Assembly: GCF_006345805.1 (NCBI RefSeq) | Contig: NC_043012.1 | Coordinates: forward strand, 43,276,001-43,340,000 | DNA length: 64,000 nt | From: Octopus sinensis | Lineage: Eukaryota | Reading direction: 5' to 3' | Shown here: piece by piece, positions 52,138 to 64,000 of the stretch | Layout of the letters: every line of letters starts with the position of its first letter | Position numbering within the stretch: the stretch's first letter is position 1 | Position numbers and translations under genes: made by a program | The notes under the pieces: generated by a model | Seen by the model: only the letters and a program-made list of their open reading frames with translations | Database searches by the model: none | Told to the model about the DNA's origin: nothing

Positions 52138-53338
52138 CTAGAAGGAAAAATCAGAAAAAAAAATTATTGTTGAATTGAATAGACAGAAAATTAATTTATC
52201 GGGACGAAAAAGAAAGTCTATTAATTTAACTCTTTTTTGACCTTATAGATCGAAATCAGAAATGTGACGATCCAAACTGAAAAACGTAGTCCAGTTTTGC
52301 ACATCAACGACTAATTAGATTTTAATGAAGGATTAAAGCAATTAGCTTAATGATTGGTTAAAAATAAATATAGTGTTGGTCTCCAGTTAGTGTCACTGCA
52401 TTACATAGTCTGATTTACTGTATTGAACAATTACGAAATTATCAATAAAATTGACCGTGCCAGCATTGATTTGCTATAGAGAAGTAGTAACAGGAAAGTA
52501 AGGAAAGGTAGCAAAATGAATATAAATAGATAACTGAAAACTTAGATTAAGTAACAAAAATATGAAGAAGCGTGATAGAGTAGTACTAAAAACCTCATCT
52601 TCATTGTTTAATAAATAAATTTGAAATAAAGTAGATTAACAAGCCATAATAGTGTATTGGAATTATCAAAATGAAATGTCAGATATCCTTCCGTTACAGC
52701 TGGGTGAACGGGATATCATTTTCTGGAAGGTTTTACCATCTGATGATGTAGAGTTTACATACTTGCTTGTCCTTATTTTGTATCTTATAATGAATAATTT
52801 GGTCTTTATGTACTGAGGCTGATCGTTGGAGTTTCTAACTGCTTTAAGTGTACTTCAACCATTAAATTGAGTCCTTTTTGGTGCATGATATTGTTATGCA
52901 TTTCTTGTGGGTATTGGCCGAACAGATTTCCATATGGCGGTGCATTCGTACATTTACAGAATTTCAGTTAGATAGAACTAACATTACTTTGTTGCTGTGA
53001 TTGGGGTACTCCAGATTTGAGGAATAAAAAGTCTAACAGCTTTAGAGATTCGGACGGTGATTTTGATTAAGGAAGCGCTATCATTCAAAAATACTAGTGT
53101 CTTGGAATTCACTCCATCAATATCGTCAAAAGAGAGTTGTTTTCCTAAAACAATAGCTAAAGCATATTCACGTCCAAGTCTGCCGGAAAGAAATGCTGAT
53201 CAAATCCCCCAACGACAATGTAAACTTCATGTAATCAAGATGCCCCTGGCCTGAAGAGTAGCTGGCGGTTTACCCCTCCTTTGGATAATTACTAGTTCTG
53301 AGGTTCCGCTAGTCATTAAACATATCTAGCCTGGATTT

Positions 53339-53388
<50 letters not shown>

Positions 53389-53399
53389 ACACACACACA

Positions 53400-53430
<31 letters not shown>

Positions 53431-53631
53431 CACAAGAATCGTAAGTTATATCTTGTAAACAAGTATCTTAACAGATAAAAGTAAATGTATGTATATTCGA
53501 AATTGTAAGCCACAATTATGCGTCTAACTAGCTAGTATTTTGTGTAAGGATGTATATCTTTTTAAAGGTAAGTTCTTAAATATATATATACACACACACA
53601 CACATATATATCATATAAACACACAAATATA

Positions 53632-53686
<55 letters not shown>

Positions 53687-53719
53687 GTGTGTGTGTGTGT
53701 GACCGCGTGTGTATCGTTG

Positions 53720-54697
53720 GCGATTTTTTCCCTCCGTCTTCCCTTCCTTGGATCTTTCCTTTTCCTATGTTTCTGACGAAGAGCTCTGATCGAAACGTTA
53801 AATCCTCCTTCTTTCTTTCCTTTCCTGAACGTCCAATAACACTATACTTGTTCCACGTGCTCGCGTTGTTGTGGTTTCTCTTTGTGTTTTTATGTTTGGA
53901 TTAACTATATTAGATTTTCCTTTGGGGCTGGCCAGGTCGGAGCAATCTCAAAATTAATCAGCCGAAATTGCGAAGATGATCCGATTTTTGACTGAAGATC
54001 GAAGGCTTCGAACGTCCCGTCCGTTTTTTTGTATCGTCTTCTAAATGTTTTGCGTTCTTGTCCCAGTTTGTGTTTTTTTTACATTTATCCTTTATATGGC
54101 GGCGCCCGTACCCCCTTTTTGATATTGTATGTGAAATACATTTTTTCTCTAATACATGGTACGACTCTACAACGCTGTCTCTCTCTCCCCCTCTCCTACA
54201 TTTCTCTGCCTTTTTCACACTTTGCACTCCACTTTGACCCGTCTCTTTCTCTCTCTCTCTCCTCCTCCTCCTTTGTTCCTTGTTCCACTTTTTTTCTCTC
54301 TTCTTCTGTCGCGCTCTTATCACACGTGACTAACTTTGGACTGCTGTCCTGCCTTTTCGTGATCAACAGCCGTATAGGCCAGACATTTTATTTCTCTCTT
54401 CGCCTTTAGGCAATTTTTCAATGCGCCAGCTCAAGTTCACCCGTCCTGTCCAAAAGACACCTGTCTGTAACGTCTTGTTTTTGTTATTATTATTATCATT
54501 ATTGTTTTTCCGTATTTTCGTATTCTTATTCGTGTTATCATTATTATTTTTACGTATTTTTGTATTCTTATTCGTTCCCGTCCTTGTTTTGTATACATTC
54601 GAGGCTTTCTTCCAATGAATCTAATGCGCTTGGCTTAGATTTTCCTTTGGGGCTGGCCAGGTCGGAGCAATCTCAAAATTAATCAGCCGAAATTGCG
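53720..54697 (+). mobile_element. Possible Penelope-like terminal-repeat-derived non-coding segment
   Basis: Hammerhead-like motif at 53769-53803 and a 63-bp direct repeat at 53910-53972 and 54635-54697. No coding remnant was seen, so the class is inferred. Confidence 0.35.
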
Positions 54698-55769
54698 GTG
54701 AGCGGGTGTGGTCTCTGTTCATCAAATCATCTGGCCACAATAAAAATTGGCCTTAAATGGTCAATCAAAAGAATCGATGTTTATGCTTTCATACGCTAAA
54801 CATAATGAAAAGGAAACACATACATGCAGACATGCGCACATGCATAATTTTATATAAATACATACATACATTTTTCGTGCTTCATGTAAATATATCTCTC
54901 TTCCTCTCTCTCGCTCTCTCTGTATATCATATATATATGTGCGTGTGTGTGTTTGCCACTGACTATATGTACGTATACTTGTGTGTATATATATAGTACA
55001 TACGCGCACACACGCGCGCACGCACACAAACACGCGCGCACGCACACACACACGTGCGTACTTCGTTTTGGCATTCTGTTTGCAAGAATTTTTATGGGAA
55101 TTCATGTACTGAAACAAATTTTGTAGTGTTCAGGGAGGGCCATTACGCTAATATAAATAACATACGTAACCGGTTCAGTTCCACTCCTTAGTCAGTAGGT
55201 TAAATAGCTATCCTTCATGACATTTATGGAATTAAATAATGAAGGAGTGGGATTGAACCGCTGTGTGTTATATTACATAGATAAACACACGCTAGCCCGC
55301 GCGCACACACATATGCACATGTATACATGTATAATTTCGTGCGTATGGCAGTCCTTCAGTGTTGGTGGGTGACATCATTCACCCACACATCATTCCCTTA
55401 TAACATTAATGAAATTAAATTATTTCTTCCAAAGAAACTGGGCTGAAACTTTGGAGATGTCCTGCTCTCACAAGTGGGTAGTATATATCAAAAACTTGCT
55501 GGAAGAGAGAGATTTTTCCTCTTCGGAATACAGTATTTAAAGCTAGTTCAGTACTTACATTTTAAACATTTTCAAATAATTCTTTTTCCAGTTTAAAATA
55601 TGAACTCAACATTGTGCTACCTGTGGGCAGGAACATGATATTGATCTTATGAGGTATCTACACTGAACCGCAAAAGAAACGCCATTTCTTCAAATCTCAT
55701 TTTGATATGGTAAATTCCGAAAATTTATTTCGGGGATGTAAGTGTAAACATTCCAAGAGATGCTGGTTT

Positions 55770-57370
55770 ATGGCTGAGACCCAAATTGCAGGTAACCTTT
55801 CAGCTTTTCCTGAAACGAGATGCCAAAAGGCAGCTGCGTTGAATGCCTTGGGTGGCAGTCGCAAACAATTGTCATGAAAACCGAAATGGACGTGCATCTC
55901 GTGAAGGTTATGGGTATAAACATCAACTTGAACCGCGTTCCTGGCATTAAAAATCCGTCCGTTCTTGTTAGAGACGCAGCGTGGCAATAATGCCACATTA
56001 AGGTCCTTGACGGACCAACATGAGCGCACGGTAAAGAACCCGATGAGATGTGTAAGGTCTTTCACGACCATTTCGTCCATTTCGTCCAGATTGGCACGAA
56101 TCGTGGGTAGACTTGTCTGAGAGGTGCAAACCTGCACCATCCCCGGTAGGTCTATACATGACAATCTCCATCTTATACGCTATAACTTAGAGAGGGTTAA
56201 TAGAATTCCTGGCAAGGGTGGAGCGTTGGTCCATTTAGACCAATCTAAAGCCTTTGATAGGGTAGGCCATCAGTATCTGGCGGCTGTCCTCGCGGCGGGG
56301 AGATTTAACCCAACCTTTCGCGGATGGATCAACCTTTTCTGTAGCAACACCAAGTCGGTCGTTCGGGTGAACAGTTTCTTCTCGGGAGCCGTTCTGGATC
56401 GGGTGCTTGGTTCGTCAAGGATGTCCACTCTTGCAGGTGCTGTATGTATTTGTCCTCGAGCCATTACTGCGGAAAGTGAAGGCTTTGAGTGGAGTCCCTC
56501 GGGATCTAGGGTGTGGAAGATCAGTTAGGGCGTATGCGGACGACATCACCGTCATCGTATCCAGCGACCAGCACCTACTGAGGGTAGGTTAGGCCTTAAA
56601 ATATAATGAAGCGGCGGCAGGGGCAAAAATTAACCGGGATCGAAATAAGTTGGTCAGCTTGCAGCTCGGCACTTGGAGAAGCAAGTCGATGCCGTCCAAC
56701 AGGGTCGTCGAGCGCTGGACAGACAGGCCGGTAAACATACTAGGGTTCTGGTTCGGTCCAGATTTCCAGATAGAGAAGACCTGGAGCGAGGTCACGAACT
56801 AGGTCAGAGCGCAGGCTATCCCTGAAAGGGAGGGCGGAGGTTGCAAATGTATTTATCGCATCTGTAATTAACTACCGCCTAACCATCGTGCCTTGCCCGA
56901 ATTCGTCGCTGAACATGTGGAACGAATGCTCTTTCACCTCTTGTGGGCCTCTCACTTCAGACAGCTTCTTTGTAAGGCGCTCTATCTGTTGTCAACAACC
57001 ACTAAAGGGTGAGTTAGGGACGCCGTGGCTAAAAATGTGCAGACGTGCGCTGAGGCTGAGGCATCTATGGCCCTATCTGGACGGTGAGCGGGTGTGGTCT
57101 CTGTTCATCAAATTGATGCTTCCAAGGTTCACTTCTTTCGGTGAACTGGAACCGTGGAGCAAGCATAGACCAAGGCTGAGAGGTTGGCAATCGGAGTGCC
57201 GTCAGGCACTCGTGCTTTTCTCCCGGATAGTAATGCCACCATCAGGTTCGACTGCAATGAACTACACAGCACCGACATTGGCGGCATCAACAATGGAGGT
57301 TGATAGTCTTTTCTAAAAAGAGCCAGAACTGCATTTCTACCTCGGATGGCAGAGTGAGTGTATGGTGTAG
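55770..57370 (+). mobile_element. Tx1-like LINE RT fragment nested in the Tc1
   Basis: IPGRSIHDNL, LDQSKAFDRV, VRQGCPL and RAYADDITV; same family as 34244-36481 (shared GCGRSVxAYADD region). Confidence 0.85.
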
Positions 57371-57376
57371 GAGGGG

Positions 57377-57865
57377 GTGAACTCTACAGAGACGCATGTA
57401 GCATGGAGAGCCACCCATGGGGTGGCTAAAGCATCACGAGGTCCTATGTGTTACAAAATGTTGGTGCAAGCAGAGGGAATGGCATCACAGCACTACATTG
57501 ACAAGATCTTAAGACCTTACATCGTACCTTTCTTCGCGCGTCAACATAGCTACATATTCCAGCAGGATAATGCTCCCTCCTACACGGCCAGGGTCACCAT
57601 GGACTTTCTGCGTCAGCACAACATCAAAACCATGCTGTGGCCGGCTCTCAGCCCAGATCTGAACCCAATTGAACACCAGTGGAATAAAATCCAGAGTCGG
57701 TTGAACCAGGTGATCACAAGGCCGACAACTCGTGTGGAACTGGAAGCAGCTTTCCTCAGGGTGTGGCTACAGGTGCCAATGGCTTTTGCGAACCTCTTCA
57801 TGCACTCCATGTACCGGCGGTGTATTACCGTTTTGAAGACCCAAGGAGCGTATACACGGTATTGA
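57377..57865 (+). pseudogene. Tc1 transposase C-terminal half
   Basis: FQQDNAP...WPALSPDLNPIEH with 34 residues between D and E; GAYTRY* terminus; N-terminal half missing. Confidence 0.9.
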
Positions 57866-60347
57866 ACATTTCACGCCTAGAATTTCGATGTGCTGGATCC
57901 GCCCACTACCAGAACACATGACAACGACCCACAGACTGTGGTCAAAGTACATCCAAGAAATTGGCTTTATCAGGTTTATCAAAATTCATTTCTGACATAA
58001 TGAAATTAAAACATATCTCACAGTCACACACGTCACGCGTTTCTTTCGCGGTTCAGTATATTTCATATTTACTGATATTAAGATTAAATTGTGAAAGTAT
58101 ATTTCGGATTTCGTGGGAACTACTTAATTTATCCTTTGTGCAAATAAACGTAGCATTTTCATTAACACATTTAAGGTCTATCATATAACCTGTTCGGTCA
58201 AAAAGAATACCCAATTAGGATTTGAACTTCCTTTTAATAAGTACTGATACTTATATTGGATAATAGAGTGAAAGGACGGAATATTGAGTAGCGTCAGTTT
58301 CAAATGAAACCCCCAAAACTGGATATTCGATGTTAATGGATAAAGACATAAATAATTATGGAGGGAAATATTCAATGTTACAAAGGTTTAATTATGACGT
58401 TCATCAAATTTGAAGTCTGATATTCAAAAAATCCCTTCATATTGATAGAAACAAGTAGTATGATTCGGTTTATGCAACCAAAATCATAATCATACTCTCT
58501 CTGTCTCTCATACATACATGCACGCAGATACACACACACACACAAACAAATATATATTAAATTACATACATATAATGGGTAAGAATACGCCAAAAACGTG
58601 TATAATAGATACAGCTAATTAGAGCTGAGACCGGACCAGATACCTAAAGTCCTAAGTCAAAGGAAGGCGGACGGAAATCAGGCAAACAAGAGTTGGATAC
58701 TCGCAATGTACCGGTCAAGCTAATTAAAGTGTAATAAAATAACAGAGGGTAAGGCTGTTGTTAATGGCATCAAAGCATTTATAAAATAGGTGTAAAGAAG
58801 TGAGTAAAAATATAATTAAGCAGAAAAACAGGAAAATCAGGAAAGCGAGAGTTCATCATAGTTCTTAGTAGAACTATGGATATCCAGAAAGTTCTAATAT
58901 CACAGATAAAAGAGAGCAGGATCCGAATAATCCTCCATAGCAGTTATTCATGAATGAATCGGTAGATATCAGAAGGGAACTTCACAAATAAGAGACAGGA
59001 GGATACAGCAAATACTTTACAGCTGTTTCTGGGTTTTGGTGCTCAGTAAGTGCAGAATTATATATGGTGCTCAGTAATTGTGTAATTCATGTACATATAT
59101 GTATGAAGTAAGTTGGTGCTAGCGAATGTATATACAACACAAATTTAAATTCCATTAACAATCACTTTGTCATCAGAAGGAAATAACGGTAATTGATAAA
59201 GGGCTTAGAAATAAGATCAATATCAAAATTGTGTTAGAAGTGAGAGGAGTCCATGAAGGAATATATCAAAGAAAAAGTAAAAGGAGAAAGGACGCAAGAT
59301 GGTTAAGAGAGACTGAAGCGTCGCTTTCGTAGCAGTAAGTTGCTAATAAGACAATAAAGTAAACTCGAAGAGCTTATGCAACCAGGAAAATTTGTGGTAA
59401 GGTTAATTCAAAGAAGACTAAAAGCAATAAGGAGAAAATATATGAATTGATAGGAAAGACTGACCAGTCTCTTGATAAGCGCCAGTCTGCTCGTATGGAT
59501 AGGTACGAAAACATTGGAAATCATTTAAGCACGCAAAGGAGCGACGGTCTCAGTATAATACTGGATTAACTTTGATTAGTATATAAAGTGAAAGTAGTTA
59601 TGCTGATTATGAATGCCAACAACAGGGCTGTGGAAAATATATCATAGGAGCGTTCTGTTTGGCAAAAAACGTATGCAGTATTTTCACATTTGCATTGTAT
59701 TACGTTGAAAATCTATTAACATTATTATTGCACATAAAAATGTAAAACGGCAAGAAATGGAAAACTTCCAATAATATGTGGTTATCCAAATTTTGAGGGG
59801 AAAATAAATACAATGCATTTAGCACTGGATCATACACACACACATATGCACACATACGTATATACGTATACATGCGTGTGTGTGGTGTGTTTGTGTTGGA
59901 GATGGGTCTTGGTCAGAATTTCTGACCATGAGTGCTCAGTTGTTCAGTTGGTTCATTAAATTAACGCGTAGGTGTTTCAGCTGTTGAATATTCCATTGAC
60001 ATATATGCCCTTAACGTGACACAGTGTGACAAAGCTGGACCTTTGAATTACGTAATCAATCCACCCGACGGGTTTCTCTACACCTTCCGTCAATCCAGTT
60101 TTGCTCAGAAGGTATGGGTCGACGCGAAGCTATGGAAAATGACTTTTACTAAAGATGACAAGCAGCAGAATCGAAATTAGAGCCTCATCATCACAAAGAA
60201 AATTTCTGAAGCATTTGACCAGGCAGCGCCTACAAACACACGCGCGCACACACACACACATACTCACAATTTCACACACACAGACTCACAAGTACACACA
60301 CACACACAGGTAATTTTTAAAATTCTTGTAAACACTTAATGACTTAC

Positions 60348-60677
60348 AATTATCAACGTCCTGCGCTGATGTATTGTAGCAAATTACAGAAGCAGCATTA
60401 TTGTAACAACTTCCCCAAAGTCTTCTTGTATATTTGCAATCCTGAAGGATGTTTTCGTTACCAGTACAGTTGAAATTTTCCACAGTGGACACTGCATGGG
60501 AATCTCTGTTACCAAGTGTAGAACAGCACATGCCTTTACCATCAACAAAACCAAGCTGAGTGCAAACCACACGAGCATCCTTATCGTCCCACATCGTATC
60601 ACAGACCATAAACCATTCTTCGTGGATCCTCATCATAACGATTCCAGCATTAATTCCGCTGCGAGATTCCAAGCGTA
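60348..60677 (-). CDS. SRCR gene exon 2: complete SRCR domain
   Basis: ttgcag|TACGC...AATT|gtaagt; VRLESRSGINAG...WFMVCDTMWDDKDARVVCTQLGF...NCTGNENILQDC...AASVICY; 330 nt, phase 1-1. Confidence 0.92.
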
Positions 60678-62212
60678 CTGCAATAGAGGAAAGTGAGAAT
60701 TTTGTGGAAATCTCTCTGATTAAAAGAATTACATGAATTCGTATTTTCAGACATAACTCTAGAGAAATATATAGACACAAAGACATAATAACCACAGTTT
60801 GCCATCTAACAAATGGTTTTTAAATCATTACAGACACGGTTGCCATTGAAGCTGCTGTTAATGCAGTGCTTCGCATCGATAGTTTAATTCAATAGAGAAT
60901 TGTTTCAATGAAGCCCACTATAGTATTCCTATAGCTATCATTTATATCATAACAAATTTTCGTAAATAGTAATGGGATAATTGCTTTGTAAAATATGTGT
61001 GTATGTGTGTGTACGTGTGTGTACGTGTGTGTGCGCGTGCGCACATTAACATGTTACCAGTACATAGTGTGGAGTATGTTGTTTATTAAAACCGATTCCT
61101 TTTCCCTGCAACTATTGTTTAACATCCCCATAACCATAAGGCAGTATTTCAGGATTGTCTTATATACATTGAGGCAGCTTCGTTGTTTTGTGTTGCTATT
61201 CTACATTTTATTGTACGGTCTCCAAATGACACATTAAAGCACTGGGTATGGTTATCGTCATTTTATTTGCCAATTCATTGGTTGTACTCCTTTTATTGGT
61301 AGGCGTGGCTGTCATTACATGATTGCTATTTGTCTTTAGATTCATGTCATGTTTTCATTGTCATTTCGTCGCTTTTCAGTAGCCAATTAATTAAAACAGA
61401 ACAAGCATACACAATATATATATATAGAGAGAGAGAGAGAGGCGTAGTTTTGAGAGTATCAGCACCGCTTGCCAGTCGGAGGAAGACTAGGGTCTGGAGG
61501 TAAACTATAGTGCCCAAGGCTTCATTGTTCAGCTTCCTCAGTGCACGAGAGCAGTGGATGAATTTGAAAGTCCCGAGAGTTTGGAGAGGAAACCAGTGCT
61601 GAATTAACCACCAGCAACATATCAGAGATGGGTCTACTTGGACAAAGACTTGAACATCATCCTGGACAACACTCTGAAAGTTGACGCAACAAGGAAGACA
61701 TGAACCATTGTGCAAGTGGTATAGCAGGCATTCCAAGATACTTGTGATGGAAAATAAAGCACCGAGCAGATCGCACACTAGTAGGAGGCAGCGTCAGATG
61801 GTATGATTCAGCAAAGGTGAAAAAAAGCGAATGATAAAAGTAAAGTAGCTTTAAACCAGCTTACCATGGAAGAAACCTGCTCTGCAAAGCGGAATTACTT
61901 CGAAAAAAGCAGAAAGAGAAGCGGAGGCAAAGGAAGGCCTGAGCTTAATGTGCCATTTATGAAGAGGTGGAGAGCAGAGTAACACTATTTGCTCCCGTTC
62001 CTTCACAATTCGCCACATAACTGTTTTTCACTTCGGAAATTTAACCCATCCTTCCTCAATGTTAACTCAGTTCCCAGACTAAACTTATTCACTAACATCT
62101 CACCCTGAATAGACGACTAAAACTGCTTAAACTAAGCATTCACTCTCCAAATGCTCTCCAAATTCTTATAATACATAATAAGTACATAATAAAAATAATT
62201 AGCTGTATTAAC

Positions 62213-62378
62213 CTGATGAGTTGAAGCATTGTACTGCTGCATCTTCATTGTGATTACAATTATGGTTCATCCAGCCATTATGTGGACATTGATAAAAGTG
62301 ACTCTCCTTGCCTGAGCAAAGCACATTATCGAGTAGAATAGGTCCAGTACCTTCTCCATATGCAGCATCTCGTAGACC
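62213..62378 (-). CDS. SRCR gene exon 1 in window: C-terminal half of an SRCR domain (not in ORF track)
   Basis: cctacag|GGT...TCATCAG|gttaat; translates [55 protein letters not shown]; 166 nt, phase 0 to 1. Confidence 0.9.
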
Positions 62379-63114
62379 CTGTAGGTGATTATATATATAT
62401 ATGTTTATTTAATTGCATGTGTGTGTGAGCACATGCACGTGCACTCACTCATACATACATTATATAATAGCAACAACAACAATTTATGTTTTCATCAACA
62501 AAAAGAGTATTCAATGCGTTATGTAGAAAAAGTTTAATATAATAGAACAAATGACTAATATTTCATGACTTAGTTTCATGCTAAACAGAAATGTTATCTG
62601 TATGATGTGATTCATGGAAAGACTGTCTCCAACTGATGTTTTATTGATGGTGTTTCTTTTTTGCTTTTATCTATTACAGGGTATTGCTGATATCTATGAT
62701 TATGTATTGAGTCAAAATGAAATGACAATAAAGTTAGAGTTAGAAGCATAATTAAACATACACACGCGTATACATACATCCATATACATACGTATATGTA
62801 TGCATGCATGCTTGCATACATGTATGTATTGTATGTATGTATGTATGTATGTATGTATGTATTTATGTACGTGTGTATGTATGTATGTATGTATGTATGT
62901 ATGCATGCATGGGTATTTATTGTGTGAAAAAGCACGTGAAATGGTATCATATATTAGGTCTACTTTTATTGTCCTCCATTGCGTTTTCATTCCAAATTAT
63001 AAACATATTTGGCATTAGAATTTTATTCTTTTGCTCTTGTTTATAAATTTAACCTTTAAAGGTATTTTTTAATATGCTGGCCATCGATAAAATTTTTTTC
63101 GAAAAAAATGTTAT

Positions 63115-63380
<266 letters not shown>

Positions 63381-63394
63381 CACGTGTGTGTGTA

Positions 63395-64000
63395 CAGGGT
63401 GCGTAAGATATTTGACGACAGATTTATGTTTATAAAAAAACGATACATAATAACGGATAATAACTTTATCAAAAAATGCTATGAGATAAAAATAAACATT
63501 TTCTATAATGTCATTCAATAAAGCCACCTTTAGCTTCAACAACTGCTTCTATACGAGATCTAAATCATCTACATGCTCGAATCAAGTGGTCCTGGTTCAT
63601 TTTGGACATTACTCTGACTATGACAGCTTTCAAAGAATCTTTCGTGTTATGGGCGTGTTCATTGACCTCTCTCTCAACAACGCTCCGCATGTAATAGTCC
63701 AATGGATTGAGATCTGGGCAATTAGTAGGCCAGATGTTAGTAGTTATGTGATCATGAAAATTTTCAGTCATCCATTCTTGAGTTACTAGAGCCATGTGTG
63801 ATAGTGCAGAGTCTTACTAAATCACATATGCCCTCCCATTGCATTGCATACAGTCTATCCAGGGCTTAACAATTATTTCCAGGACCTCAATGTAGGCGGC
63901 AGAGGTAACTCTAAGGCCTTGTGGAAAGAAGTAAGGAGGCATCACATGTCCTTCATTGCTGACAACCCCTAAAACCTCATGAAAACTTGCAGGAAATTAT
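63395..64000 (-). mobile_element. maT-type (DD37D) Tc1/mariner element, right end, pseudogenised
   Basis: TA|CAGGGTG terminus. Minus strand I**DSALSH...WPTNCPDLNPLDYY has 37 residues between the two D; the QQ codons have mutated to stops. Confidence 0.8.

Larger units (their letters stand above)
55661..58058 (+). mobile_element. Tc1-family DNA transposon (DD34E) with both TIRs, interrupted by a LINE
   Basis: TA|cactgaaccgcaaaagaaacgc ... gcgtttctttcgcggttcagta|TA (22-bp TIR, 2 mismatches, TA TSD). Confidence 0.88.

Noticed and set aside
52700-62000. Additional exons in the TE-poor parts of introns 1-2 (52700-53300, 58600-59600, 61480-62000)
   Set aside because: No SRCR cysteine pattern. Faint RT-like peptides suggest very old CR1/L2-type LINE debris, too decayed to annotate with confidence.
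62640-62760. Signal-peptide exon (MLLTLTLLSFHFDS...)
   Set aside because: Exon 62213-62378 needs the first half of an SRCR domain upstream. This stretch has none and abuts a microsatellite.

Overview
AT-rich, microsatellite-dense eukaryotic genomic DNA. The SINE families and repeat landscape resemble octopus/cephalopod genomes; this is from recollection, not a database search. The whole window lies inside one minus-strand gene encoding a long run of scavenger-receptor cysteine-rich (SRCR) domains. I resolved 14 coding exons between 62378 and 446 that splice in frame (4024 nt, about 1341 aa; 12 complete SRCR domains plus one half). Two of these exons are missing from the ORF track, one intron appears to be GC-AG, and both gene ends lie outside the window. 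The introns are packed with mobile DNA. The main feature is a ~17-kb head-to-tail pile-up of R4/Dong-clade (RT + restriction-like endonuclease) non-LTR retrotransposon segments and a ~540-bp non-coding element, mostly separated by (AAT)n tracts and all in one orientation. Also present: an RTE-group LINE, two Tx1/L1-clade LINE remnants, a DD34E Tc1 with intact TIRs, a DD37D maT end, two tRNA-derived SINE families, Penelope-like hammerhead-type motifs and several perfect hairpins. Most other ORFs in the track are translations of microsatellites or antisense shadows. TE boundaries are approximate; exon boundaries were read base by base.
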